Source: Perkinsus chesapeaki ATCC PRA-425 (Eukaryota > Protista > Perkinsozoa). From it: a DNA stretch of 41,995 nucleotides. The DNA lies in contig JAAPAO010000296.1 of NCBI GenBank assembly GCA_013115145.1, positions 1 through 41,995 of the forward strand. The letters run 5' to 3'. Position 1 is the first letter of the stretch. Every line of letters starts with the position of its first letter. This document shows positions 13,084-23,763 of the stretch, piece after piece. The position numbers and the translations under genes were made by a program. The notes under the pieces were generated by a model that was given only the letters and a program-made list of their open reading frames with translations, did not search any database and was not told where the DNA came from.

Positions 13084-14017
13084 TATTATTCTCCGTTTAC
13101 TATCAAGTCCTTATGGACTGTAAGGATCCCCGCTTCCTTTTCACAATAAAATGAGTTCAAGAATGCGCCTCTTTTACAGTTCCGAATCAGTATTTTTCAG
13201 CGGCAGTGCAATGAAACTTGGCTCATGATGATATGTTAGTGAAACAGGTACATCCTACTGGAGTGCCACGTCAGCAGGAGGGCTTTATGTGGAACCCGAG
13301 ACTCGGACGTCCTGTTTGAAGCTGTCGTGATGATCGTTACTAATTCTTAGAGCACATAATGTATCGGTACCACTGGTCTAGTACATGAAGAGATGCATAT
13401 GCACCTAGAAGGATTGGAATTGCGTTGCCTGAATAACTTGGGAGAATTTCTAGGACCCGATAATCTTGGCCAATGACTGGAGCCGCCTGAGTCTGTGGAA
13501 TTTGTGAGCGACAGCATTGAGCGGTATCCTCAGTAGAGCGGCTGTACAGCAGGTAATGATAGCTGCTACTGCTGATGATGATAATATGGTAATATGGGGG
13601 AACTTAGCGGGGCTTAGGGGAGTTAGAGTAAGACAGAGACGGTCATATAAAGGGCGGCTCTTGCGAAAGCACCAATATGAAGCAAGGTAGCTGTAGGTTA
13701 TGGAAAGGTCAGATGAAGGTTCCTTATTCGATCAACATCTCTAAACTCGGAAGGCTCGTTAGTACTCTGGTGGTCCTCAAAGTGATCCACTGGGAAGAAC
13801 TAGGCCTTCGCAGTCACGCATGTGCCTTCCTTGAAGTGTCATGATTGCTCTCTGGCCAAAGGCTTGGTAATGTAAGCTACTGCATAGATCAAGGGGAGGA
13901 AAGTAATTCGAAAGCAGCTTGAAGCAGCAAGCATGATGCTATCACTGAAGGCAACCTTTGTTCTTTATCTCGTGTTGCGTTTGGTGATATCTACCTACCC
14001 CTTAGTGGTGGTCTGTA

Positions 14018-16457
14018 ATGAACTCTTCAAATAAGCCAGATGACTTGAGGTGCCCTATATCACTACCTTATACACGCCAGTATCTTGTGGTAGGCGGAGG
14101 TGGGCATCACAACTGAAGCAAGCGAGTGAGGCGGATAGCTGGGGGCAGATACTTGAGGCGCAGGAAGGGTACTATACCAGGTTGCTAGGTAGTGTGAGGC
14201 ACACCCTCTTCCAAGGTACAGAGCTCTAGCGGTCGACATCGCTGAAGCCCGAGGCCGACTGGCAGTTAGTTCTTCAGATCAGGAACTCACCCGTAAGATT
14301 GTACTATGTTTGAGGTACCGTCAGCTACTACGGCTCAGATCATTGTTGTTGGTTTCCGCCTCAGTGCCCGGCTCGAGGTCTTGTCCGGTCGTGGGCCACA
14401 GCGGGGTTCTGGAAACATAGCTGCTACTGATATTGGAGCTTTAGAGCCAGGTAGCGAGTGCCAGTTGATCCAGTGTAGCGGGCTCGTTAGTGCTGCTGTC
14501 CCTGTTTGTTGCTGCCTCCGAAAATCCTTATACGTCGCCGGATAGATTTCCGGTGGCTGCCACTAAGTAAGATTCCCTCAAGGTTATGGCAATGATCTAC
14601 TTGGTGTAGGTTTCAGCACGCCTCGCCGATACCGGAGGAAGGTGGGATTAAACACACAAGCGATTTTAACGATCGGGATGTGTCGGACTTCCATCAAAGC
14701 CACGCTGCGTTGTCCGAAGTTCATGGTATGGCTTGAGTACGATAGGATGGATAGCAGGTTCAGGCACGGTCGTTGCTGTTCGCATTGAGGGTTGGGGGCT
14801 GAAGGATGCCCAGAGCTATGTCGATCCTATCACCACTGTATCGGTCGTAGGTGTGATGGAAGGCTGGTGTTTTTAATGTTGGACACTTGTGAACAGACCC
14901 AAACCAAACAGTTATATGTTCGGTGGACACCCACATCAGCAAGGAGAGGCGGGTGAATCATGTACTGTTTCAAGAGAGGGTCTACTTGGGAGTTAGTTTG
15001 GAGGAAATGCAGCGAACCTGTGAGTCTTAGAGTCTGATTGGGGGGGACGGGGATGCCTCATTGTATGCATTGTGCTCGCTCCAAGAGTTCACGAAAATCG
15101 TGTAGTGCCTGTGACAGCGTGTCCGAGTGGTTAAGGAGGTGGACTAGAAATCCACTGGGCTCTGCCCGCGCAGGTTCGAATCCTGCCGCTGTCGATTTGT
15201 ATTGGCAGATTATCCGTTATTTATCAGGTGGTGCGATATTTTTTGAGTTCAAGCATTACAAACCCAAGAAGAAGAAGGTATCTACGAGGTAACGCTCACG
15301 TGACGTGACGTGAGTCACGTCATCCTACATCCAGTTCGTTGTACCACACTTCACCGATCAGATGCTGGTCCTTTATGGAGTTGGAGGAGCTCAAACCCGA
15401 TGAGGAAATAGTTCTGGAAATGTGATATCCGGGGAGGGAGGGATTACTATGCATCCAATAGTGTACTTTCTATAGGCCTGTTATTATATCCCAATAGTCT
15501 ACCTTCTATATGCCTGTTACTATATCCCAATAGTGTACCTTCTATATGCCTGTTATTATATCCCAATAGTGTACCTTCTATATGCCTGTTATTATATCCC
15601 AATAGCGTACCTTCTATAGGCCTGTTACTATATCCCAATAGTGGACCTTCTATAGGCCTGTTATTATATCCCAATAGTGTACCTTCTATAGGCCTGTTAT
15701 TATATCCCAATAGTGTACCTTCTATAGGCCTGTTATTATATCCCGATAGTGTACCTTCTATAGGCCTGTTACTATATCCCAATAGTGGACCTTCTATATG
15801 CCTGTTATTATATCCCAATAAGGGACAATCTAAAAGTCCGTTATTATGTATCTCTCAAAGATCTGTTCCGCGAATAAGGACGTCGATCCCACGAACGATG
15901 AAAGCAATTGTCGAATAACGGCATCAACTTCGGGTCGCAGTTTGAACCACGTAAAAGAACCCTTGCGCTGCTGAAATTCAAATAAAGTGTGAATGAATCC
16001 ATCACGGAGCGAACCTCCCGTCAAGCGGAAGCATCCTCTCTAAGGCTTGTCCGGGAACTCATTGTCGATATTGTCATATGCAGTGGTCCGATCTAGCACT
16101 TACTGGTGTAGTTCAAGGAACTGCCTCCTAAAATTGGTGTCCCTATACGGCAAGAGTGTGCTGTCCTTGTCAACGAAAGAGACTTCCGAAAGTTACGGTG
16201 GTAGCGCACCTCGTTTGCGGATTCCTAGTTCTGCGTGGAGCAATTAGCGTGCTGTCGGCGGATAAATCAGAGGTTATGAAATCCAAATCCTCACCCGTTT
16301 ACTAAATCGATCATAACTCCTACTGCTTCTTTGAAGCGGTCTGTCCATTGGTGTTGTCAGATACCACAAACCGACCGACTTGAAGAAGAAGAAATTAAAG
16401 TTGCATTCAGTAAAGAAGCTTTACCTGCATATATTTGTGACCCTCATTACACGATAA
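14018..16457 (+). CDS. AIDA: AIDA homologue (axin interactor, dorsalization-associated; Aida-N helical domain + Aida-type C2 domain), absent from the ORF track
   Basis: Spliced translation MNSSNKPDDLRRRWASQLKQASEADSWGQILEAQEGYRALA...TVVAVRIEGWGLKDAQSYVDPITTVSVVD...GAIFFEFKHYKPKKKKVSTRCWSFMELEELKPDEEIVLEIYHKPTDLKKKKLKLHSVKKLYLHIFVTLITR*. It matches recalled AIDA motifs DSWGQLVEAIDEY, RIEKIGLKDA..IDPYITVSV, GAAIFFEFKHYKPKKR..TKCFAFMEMDEIKP and IELYKKPTDFKRKKL. Late introns: 15020-15227, 15289-15361, 15422-16360. Confidence 0.9.
15113..15194 (+). tRNA. trnS-AGA: tRNA-Ser (AGA), sense within an AIDA intron
   Basis: GACAGCG TG TCCGAGTGGTTAAGGA G GTGGA CT AGA AA TCCAC, long variable arm TGGGCTCTGCCCGC, GCAGG TTCGAAT CCTGC CGCTGTC G: 82-nt class II cloverleaf. 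Confidence 0.97.
15452..15820. repeat. 36-bp tandem minisatellite, ~10 copies, in the large AIDA intron
   Basis: Consensus tatatcccaatagtgtaccttctataggcctgttat repeated head-to-tail with point variants and no spacers. It is seen as 10 GYNNRPIEGTLL-like units in the minus-strand ORF. Confidence 0.95.
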
Positions 16458-16594
16458 CATTAGGTTGATGATCCATGAGCTTTATAGTCGCCTGGAAAGC
16501 ATTGTTGTGCTTAGTATTGGTCACGGCGCCCTGGGGGATTCCTGTATCGAAAGGACCTCGACCTTCGTCAGTTTTTTCAGTGGCAAGGTTTGCA

Positions 16595-18749
16595 ATGTCG
16601 TCTTCTGCTGCTGCCACCAATCCAGCACAAGAGGCCGTCACTCAAAGGCCTCGGACAGAGAGTAAGGCACTGGCAGGGGTGATGGTAGGTGATGGTGGGC
16701 TCAGGTGGATCACCGATGGAGGCGGAATATTTTTTGCATGAAGCTGAGGGTCTTGGTCAAGGTCAGCACGAGGCGGTACTGTACTGGGCTCGGCAGTGCG
16801 CAGTGATAGTTCATCTGTTAGGCCCGACTCCATAGGGAATCGCAAGAAAGGTTTCAGCATGGTAGTCAGCTGGGCGGCGGTAGGTGTAGCCGGATATGAT
16901 GATATTGGTGTAGGGGAAGCGGATGAGAGCCTTCTCCCGAAGGATCAGAGCTATCGCAGCGGCCCTATACGATTTGTAGTATTACTTTTCCAGTCCCTTG
17001 TGTTAATGGGGCTTACTTACAACTATGATATGTGCAGTGCCACCCGAAATGTAGTGCCATCACCACGTGGGGCCGAGCTCATCTCAGTGTAGGTATTGGT
17101 TGACACTCTGGGCATCACCGATACAGGATACGGTGTAATATCTGGTCTCTATGCCTATCCCAACGTCATCTTACCGCTCTTTGGTGGCTTCCTTATCGAC
17201 ATCATCGGGGTAAGATTCCTCATAACTGCAGTCTCGTCTGCATTTGCATCACTGTCAGGTCCAGCGATCAATGATATTGTTTGTGCTAGTTAACTTCAGT
17301 GGTACTCTTATATATGCCGTGGGCCTCCAGTTCCGCTCCTTCGCAGTGGTTATTATTGGAAGAGCCATCTTTGGCATGGGTGGCGAGAGCCTCAACGTCG
17401 CTAACAGTAACTCGGGGCAATTTCGTGGCGCGCTGGAAATAACTTTCAGGTACTATTATGACCCACTGGTTCCGAGGAAAGGAGCTAGCATTCGCACTGG
17501 GATCGTCCTTGACTCTGTCCCGGCTCGGCAGTGTCCTAGTTCTCAACACTCAACCCTTGTTCATCCGCAATTGGGGTATAGTCTCAGGGGCTTATGCTGG
17601 GGTCTTCATGGCTGGAATTAGTAAGGGCGTCAGCATTAGCCTCGATGAATAACAACAACACTTCACCTAGGTCTCCTTACTGCCGTTCTTACGTGTGTTA
17701 TAGATCGCCAGGCTAATGCTCATGACAAGGCGATGCATGTTGAAGGTGCAGAAGAGGTAGACCATGGCTCATCTACAGTGGGCCCACTCGCAGTATCAGG
17801 ATACGAAATCTGGCGATCGTGGTGTGCAAATAAGTGATGTTAAGAGTTTCGGCAGTATGTTCTGGTGTCTGGCATTCAGCTGTGTCGTGACCTATATGTC
17901 CATTTTTCCCTTCTACCAGGTAGGAGACCGTTGATAAAGGAAAGCACCATCTCGTCTCAGGTGGTGGCGCCAGCGTATCTCCAGTCTGAAGCTCATTTCG
18001 GTTTTGACTTAAAGACCACTAATGCTATAAATTCAATTCCCACGATGATAGGTGCCATACTGTCCCCGTTTATGAGCATATATATAGACCGCCGAGGCCA
18101 GCGCCCAAAGCTCATGGTATGGGCCTGTGCCCTCCTTCTGGTGACACACACTTCACTCATGCTCTTCCCACGATGCCCGGAGTGCACTTCGGTTTCTTTT
18201 TTCTTCGTTATTATGGGTTTATCGATATGCCTCTACGGTGCCGTAATATGGGCCTGCATTCCTTTCACGGTTCCGCCGCGCTCAGTAGGAGCGGCCTTCG
18301 GGTTGATCTTTGCCCTCCAGAACTGCGGCCAAGCCATAGCTCCCAGCATTCTAGAATTTTTACACCAGGAATCGGGAGACTTCATTTGGCCTTTCGGTTG
18401 TCTAGCCGTCTGGGCTGCTATGGGGCTTGGTATATCACTTTATTTAAAGAGGATTGACAGAAGCACCCAAACAGGCCTATTCCTACCATGCCCGGAGAAG
18501 CTAGCTGAGCAGTTGGCATGTTCACCAGTAAGCTCCCTACTTTGTTTTTCATCATTTACTGTTCTCTTTTAGATGTACTATTACGACTCCCCATCTACTG
18601 TAGCCGCACCGATGTCAACCATCCCAGCTGCTGCAGTTATAATGCCCGAGGGGTATATGAGGCGTGTTCAAGGATATCTTTCATCACCAAGAAGCAACAT
18701 GCAATTCCGTCGTGCCTATTATTCACGTTTGGGGCTCGGTCATTCCTGA
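16595..18749 (+). CDS. Major facilitator superfamily transporter, MFSD1-like (lysosomal dipeptide uniporter family)
   Basis: Spliced pieces: RFVVLLFQSLVLMGLTYNYD; GLYAYPNVILPLFGGFLIDIIGVR; GRAIFGMGGESLNVA; THWFRGKELAFALGSSLTLSRLGSV; IDRRGQRPKL; AAFGLIFALQNCGQAIAP. These are MFSD1-type motifs. ATG 16595 follows a pyrimidine-rich ttttttcag; stop 18747-18749. N-terminal exons are less certain. Confidence 0.85.
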
Positions 18750-18992
18750 GCCTCCTAACCCCAACACCACCACCACTGAAACATCAGCAGCAGCAGATGG
18801 TTATGGCTTTGATGAAGTAGTGGTTACGAGATGATCCGTGCTGGAGCTCTCATGTAGCCGATTCTGTTAGTAGTGTAGTACTGCGACTAACAATTATAAT
18901 ACAAGACATCATAATAGCGTTGTGTTTAACTAGTATCAACAACAAGTCAAATACCAATACCCGAGAGACTGCATTATACAACGTGTGTAGCA

Positions 18993-20630
18993 TCATGCTT
19001 TGGGATCATCATCATCGTCATCATTCTCGCTATCATCAGTGATGGCATCAGTCGAAGATGGTGGTCGAACAGTACTGGGTCCAATAACATCGAAACCACT
19101 GGGGACCGTATTCGGAGGGTACAGCACCTACTACAGTGGTCGGCGGCCACTTGAAGCTGGTGTAACCCGCTACTGGGGAGGGGGTTCCCTGGGGTGATGT
19201 TCCTGGTAATGGTGGTGTAGGCGAGGGAGAGCAGGATCTCATGGGCTCTAGTACAAGCGGTGGATACTCATCGGGCCTGATGACACCATCGCCGTCGTGG
19301 ATTGCTAGATCTAGTTCGATAGGATGCCTACGACAGCCTTCTCGCTCTGGGCTCCCACAGCTGCGGCACTCCATCGTTCGATAGGTTCCCACAGAACCTG
19401 TCGGACAAATCACAAATAAAGGCTTCACCATGGTACCCTGTCATGTGGAGTGATGGGCCCACAGGGCTTGCTGATGGGGACAATGCCGGTGATGGCTGTC
19501 TGCCATTCTCCTCGCTCGAGGGGCTTATCACCACTCCAGCACCACCGCTGCTGTTAGCTGAGGGAGGCATAGATGAGAAGTTCTGTAGAGCAGGAGATCG
19601 TCGGCTTTGATAGGATGCTGAGGAGAAGATAGTGTTAGCCTAGAGTCAGCGCCGCCACTGGCGCACTGTTGCCTAGCCCCGCTGCTGGCTGAGGTTGCTG
19701 GTAGTGCGGCTGTGGGTATGCCGAGTGCATTTCTATCGTACGATATGCTTGTCCTGGAGGAGATTGTTGTCGATAATAACATTGTGGGCCTCCCATCTGA
19801 AAAGTAGTTGTAGATAGCATTCCTCAAGTATGTGACCACATTGGAGGGTGACCATGGCCCATGTGGAAGGGCCATCGAAGAGCTGGCCTGCTGCACCCCA
19901 CTGAGATACATTGATAGTTGATTAGCCTGCTCCTGCATGAGCTACCTGCCAAACCGTTAATGACACTCTCTTACATCGAATGATCGTGCTGAGGCGATGA
20001 GGGTGGCCATTGCCGTTAGCGCTAGGGTATCTCCTGCACAATGAATCTTTGCCTGTCTCAATGAAGTCCTAGCCTACCGCTACAGGCCAGCCTCACTGCT
20101 AGTGTCCGATCCCCCATCGAAAGCTTGCCTGCGTTATGGAGCTCTGCTGTGGCTCGAAAGACGTAGCTCATGGTTGAATCAGTAATAACTCCTTCTGGTG
20201 TTGGACCTGGTTCTCGGTGCCCCGGATTTACTGGGCATTTACAGTACATGATGTAGAGGGCGTAGATGTGTTGATCGAGTTGCTATGTTTGCTACTGTTT
20301 CCCAGCGATCTATGCTGACCTCGGCGCCCCATGGACATGCCACCACCGCGAGCGAATTTGTTTGGTGTTATTCCTCTTATACCTTTTGATAGCCTTTACC
20401 TGTTGCTATCATGTAACCTTACCATTGATGCTGCTGGCTGGGCTAGAGGCCGGGGAGGGATATTCCGAGACGCTGGTATCCAGTAACGAGTTGTACCTCT
20501 GTATGGTGGACAATAGTACGGATCAACTTAGGATAATAGGTACCGTTGAGGACAGCTCCTCATCCTCTGGTATAGGGGGTGTACCCATAACAGGTGACCT
20601 CGATAGTAGCATTCCGTTAGTATGGACCAT
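18993..20630 (-). CDS. Hypothetical multi-exon Ser/Pro-rich protein with acidic C-terminal tail
   Basis: In-frame splicing gives MVHTNGMLLSRSPVMGTPPIPEDEELSSTRYNSLLD...SARSFDEQANQLSMYLSGVQQ...YLRNAIYNYFSDG...; likely end STDAITDDSENDDDDDDPKA*. No domain recognised. Confidence 0.5.
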
Positions 20631-21063
20631 GAAGACGACCAAAACAAGCTACTCATCAGTCTGTAAAAGTTATCTTGCGCTGATAGCTGATCGATAATAC
20701 AATTCCCCCCGCGAAGCTTAGCACGAGACGGGGCGAGCGCTAACACGGTTAAATCGTGGACTCCCGCCTCCCCTATATCCCTGTTACTGTGATGGTCCAA
20801 GCATACCTCTCCTCATTATGGCTAGATGCATCAGTATGAGCCATTTGGGGTGTGTAGGGCTTTGCAATAACTGTGATGAAGCGTGCTTTAATTCAAAGGA
20901 AATAGTTTAAGCTAGTGCGTTGTGGCAGTGGTCTATATGTGGCTAGCTGTTCTGCCACTTCAGTCCGTATTCAACCTTACATTATCTAACGGTGTTGATG
21001 AACAATAATGATGTAACACCCTTTGTTTCAGCTTGTTTGGTCGTTCCTCCTTTATTCCTTCAA

Positions 21064-22388
21064 ATGGTCCAAATAACACCCCAGTGTGTTGCCTGGTCGT
21101 TCTTGGCCCAGATTACCTTTGGTATTGTCAACTTTCTAATATCCTATACTAACGTGCCCGGTGTGGAACCATGGGCCGTTATTGGTTGGATATGGCTCAC
21201 GTCAGGCGTCATCGGAATCGTCGTAGGCATTTACTTCTGGTAAGCTATTATTTCAACCTAGAAAGTATCTTAATTTGTCTCTTAGGTGGCATATTGGTGC
21301 ATTCTTCTTCACCGATGAGCAATTGAAAGCTGCGGAGACCTACAAGAAATTAGACGATCAACTGTTGCCCCAAGAGTTGCCTCCAAGTCGATTAACCTTC
21401 GGTGCTAAGCTCTTGACCATTATTGGAGGTCCGTCTTATTATTCATTTCCTCGTTGTTATTATCGTTTGCTTAACAGGTATGTGTGTTGGCTGGTCCCAG
21501 TTGATGATGAAATGGGCTTTCGCCACGGATCCCAAATCCACCGGTCCCTTGACCGCCGTCATCTCTTCCGATATCATCGTAAGTCCTTCTTACCCCCTCT
21601 AGTGTGTTGTATCACCACTGTTGCCTGGTACTTAGGTCGTTGGTATATTCTGTGACCTTGTCTACAAGGAGAAGCTATCCAAGATGCAGATTTTTGCCAT
21701 TTGCATTGTGCTTTCTGGTCTTGTGGTCATGGCCGCCTTCGACGGTGGTAGCTCTGGCAAGCTTATGGGTTTCGTCTACGCCATTCTCGGTATGCTTACC
21801 TTCGCTGCTAGTTTGCTGTGTATTCGCCAAAGTTGCAGAGATGGTATGGCCGCTTGGTCTGGTTTCATCGGTCGTATGGGTGTCATGTTCTTCATGGGCC
21901 TCATCGCTTTGATCTATACCGCTTGTACCCATACCTTCTTCCCTGAGAACTGGAAGCTCTGGCCTGATATGTATGTCTGGCCCCAGGTTGCTGGTATCTC
22001 TCAGGCTGTTGGCGTACTTGCCCTTAACTATGCCCTTATGTATCCCTCTACTGGACCGGTTAATGTTATTGTTGCATCCAACTCTATTATCGTCTTGGCC
22101 TTGAACTACTTCATATTGGGTTTAATACCATCAACTTCGAAGCTTGTTGGTATGGCCATTGTCATCATTGGTGTATCTCTCATCATTTTATGGCAGCCCA
22201 AGGAAACGAAGAAGGACGAACAGACCTACCAGTCTCGTCGTGATGAGTTTATTAAGCGTTCGGTTATGCGCAGTGCCAGCATGGGCGGTAGTGTCAAGTC
22301 CCGTTTATCCACGGTCTTCCCCACTGAGAAGTCCCCACTGCCCCCTACTGCTCGTTCTGGTATCGCCGGCGCCTTCGCCGTTGTATAA
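21064..22388 (+). CDS. Drug/metabolite transporter (EamA-like) paralogue 1; 3 introns
   Basis: MVQITPQCVAWSFLAQITFGIVNFLISY..., AFATDPKSTGPLTAVISSDII, ALNYALMYPSTGPVNVIVASNSIIVLALNYFILGLIPSTSKLVGMAIVIIGVSLI. About 10 hydrophobic segments in two repeated halves. Introns ~21240-21285, ~21430-21478, ~21579-21636. Confidence 0.8.
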
Positions 22389-23763
22389 GATTGGTATACA
22401 ATGTGCCACTATTATCAGCGACATTGCTACAATTCTAATAACGACAGAAGACGGTATGGCTATAAAGCAAGATGGTTTGGTTGCCAAAGTTCCCATTGCC
22501 CTCCTTTTCTCATTATTTACTATGAGTTACCATCAGTGAATATCAGAAGATGGGTGAGGATCGATGCATCCTGATCCTCCGCTGAATCAGTGGTCCTTTA
22601 TAATAAAGGCTCTGCTGCAATGATGGTGTTTATGATGACGATGTATGTAGTATAGAATCTATTTAGTGAACGTGGATGCGTCACTTAATCCTTTATGTCG
22701 TCATGAAGTGTTATGTACAGTTACTGCTGTTGCTGGTGCCTCTGCTATAGTATGTTGTATGCGCTACTCTTTTTTGTTGTTGCATCTTCTACAGCTTTCT
22801 GTCATATCATTTATCTCCATTATTGCCATCATTGATAGTCATTGCCGCCTTGTTGTCGTCCATTATTACAATTATGCGATTGTTGCTAGGGACGTTAAAT
22901 CCTGATACTGTACTAAAGAAATTGCTATAGTTGGTCAGAAATGATAACAAAGCCTCCGCTGCCGCTGGCCACTATGACCACTACCATTTATTCACAACAG
23001 GCTTGTATCGATAATCGATTGTTGTTGTTCCCCTTTTCCACTGATGTACGTGGCTCCTCCTAGGCGAGCAGCAGCAGCACCAGCTCTATGGGCTAATATT
23101 GCTCGTCGTGTGTATTGTCTGGATAGGAATCAAGATCTCGAAATCTTTGTCCTAGTTTGTAAGGAGAGTATTTCTCGCCTAGTCATCAAGGCTCAGTGCA
23201 GGTTAATTAGTGGTGCTTAGTCTCCTGTGGGATTGGTGTCCTTTACACGATTTATACTTAGATTTTTACTAAGCTGATTGCTGCGGAATATTGGTGTCTG
23301 CGATAATGGGCGGGGACGTTATAAGCTGCGACGTATATTATTACGAATATTGTAGCTTCCGACATCGGTGTGATCCAAGAGGCGGCGAAAAGAGAATACT
23401 AAGATATGGCTGTGCGCATGAACCTCGCGAGCCAATCGCTACGCGTATTATGTAAACCAGCCTCACTGCCGGCGGGACGCCTGGCTAGAGATCCTTCAAG
23501 GTTGCTACGGCCTTGGCCCTGCTTCGACCAAAGAATAGCTTACCGACGTAATACAATCTCTTCGATTTGCCAATTTATTACCCCAAACAGCCTTGCTTTA
23601 CTTTCGTGTGTCTCAACCCCACGCTATCGTGCAGTGGGTGGGTGGTTCAATCATTCCGCTACCGTCTACCAATCCTGTGTTTCCAGACTCCTCCTCCTCG
23701 GTATTGCGTCATCGCTTACTTGACTATCTCTCTGTAGAGTTTATAGACCTTATCCACAACGGA

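Noticed and set aside
15038-15292. 84-aa ORF from the track
   Set aside because: It reads through an intron and the tRNA-Ser; only its last part is the real AIDA exon.
15452-15820. 36-bp repeats as a CRISPR array, or ORF 15447-15818 as a repeat protein
   Set aside because: Units are contiguous with no spacers and no cas genes are present. The ORF has only a TTG start, a plus-strand frame is equally open, and the array lies in an AIDA intron.
22389-23763. Gene or mobile element between the DMT paralogues (58-aa MYVAPPRR... frame; ORF 23406-23723)
   Set aside because: No recognisable domain, terminal repeats or convincing splice chain.
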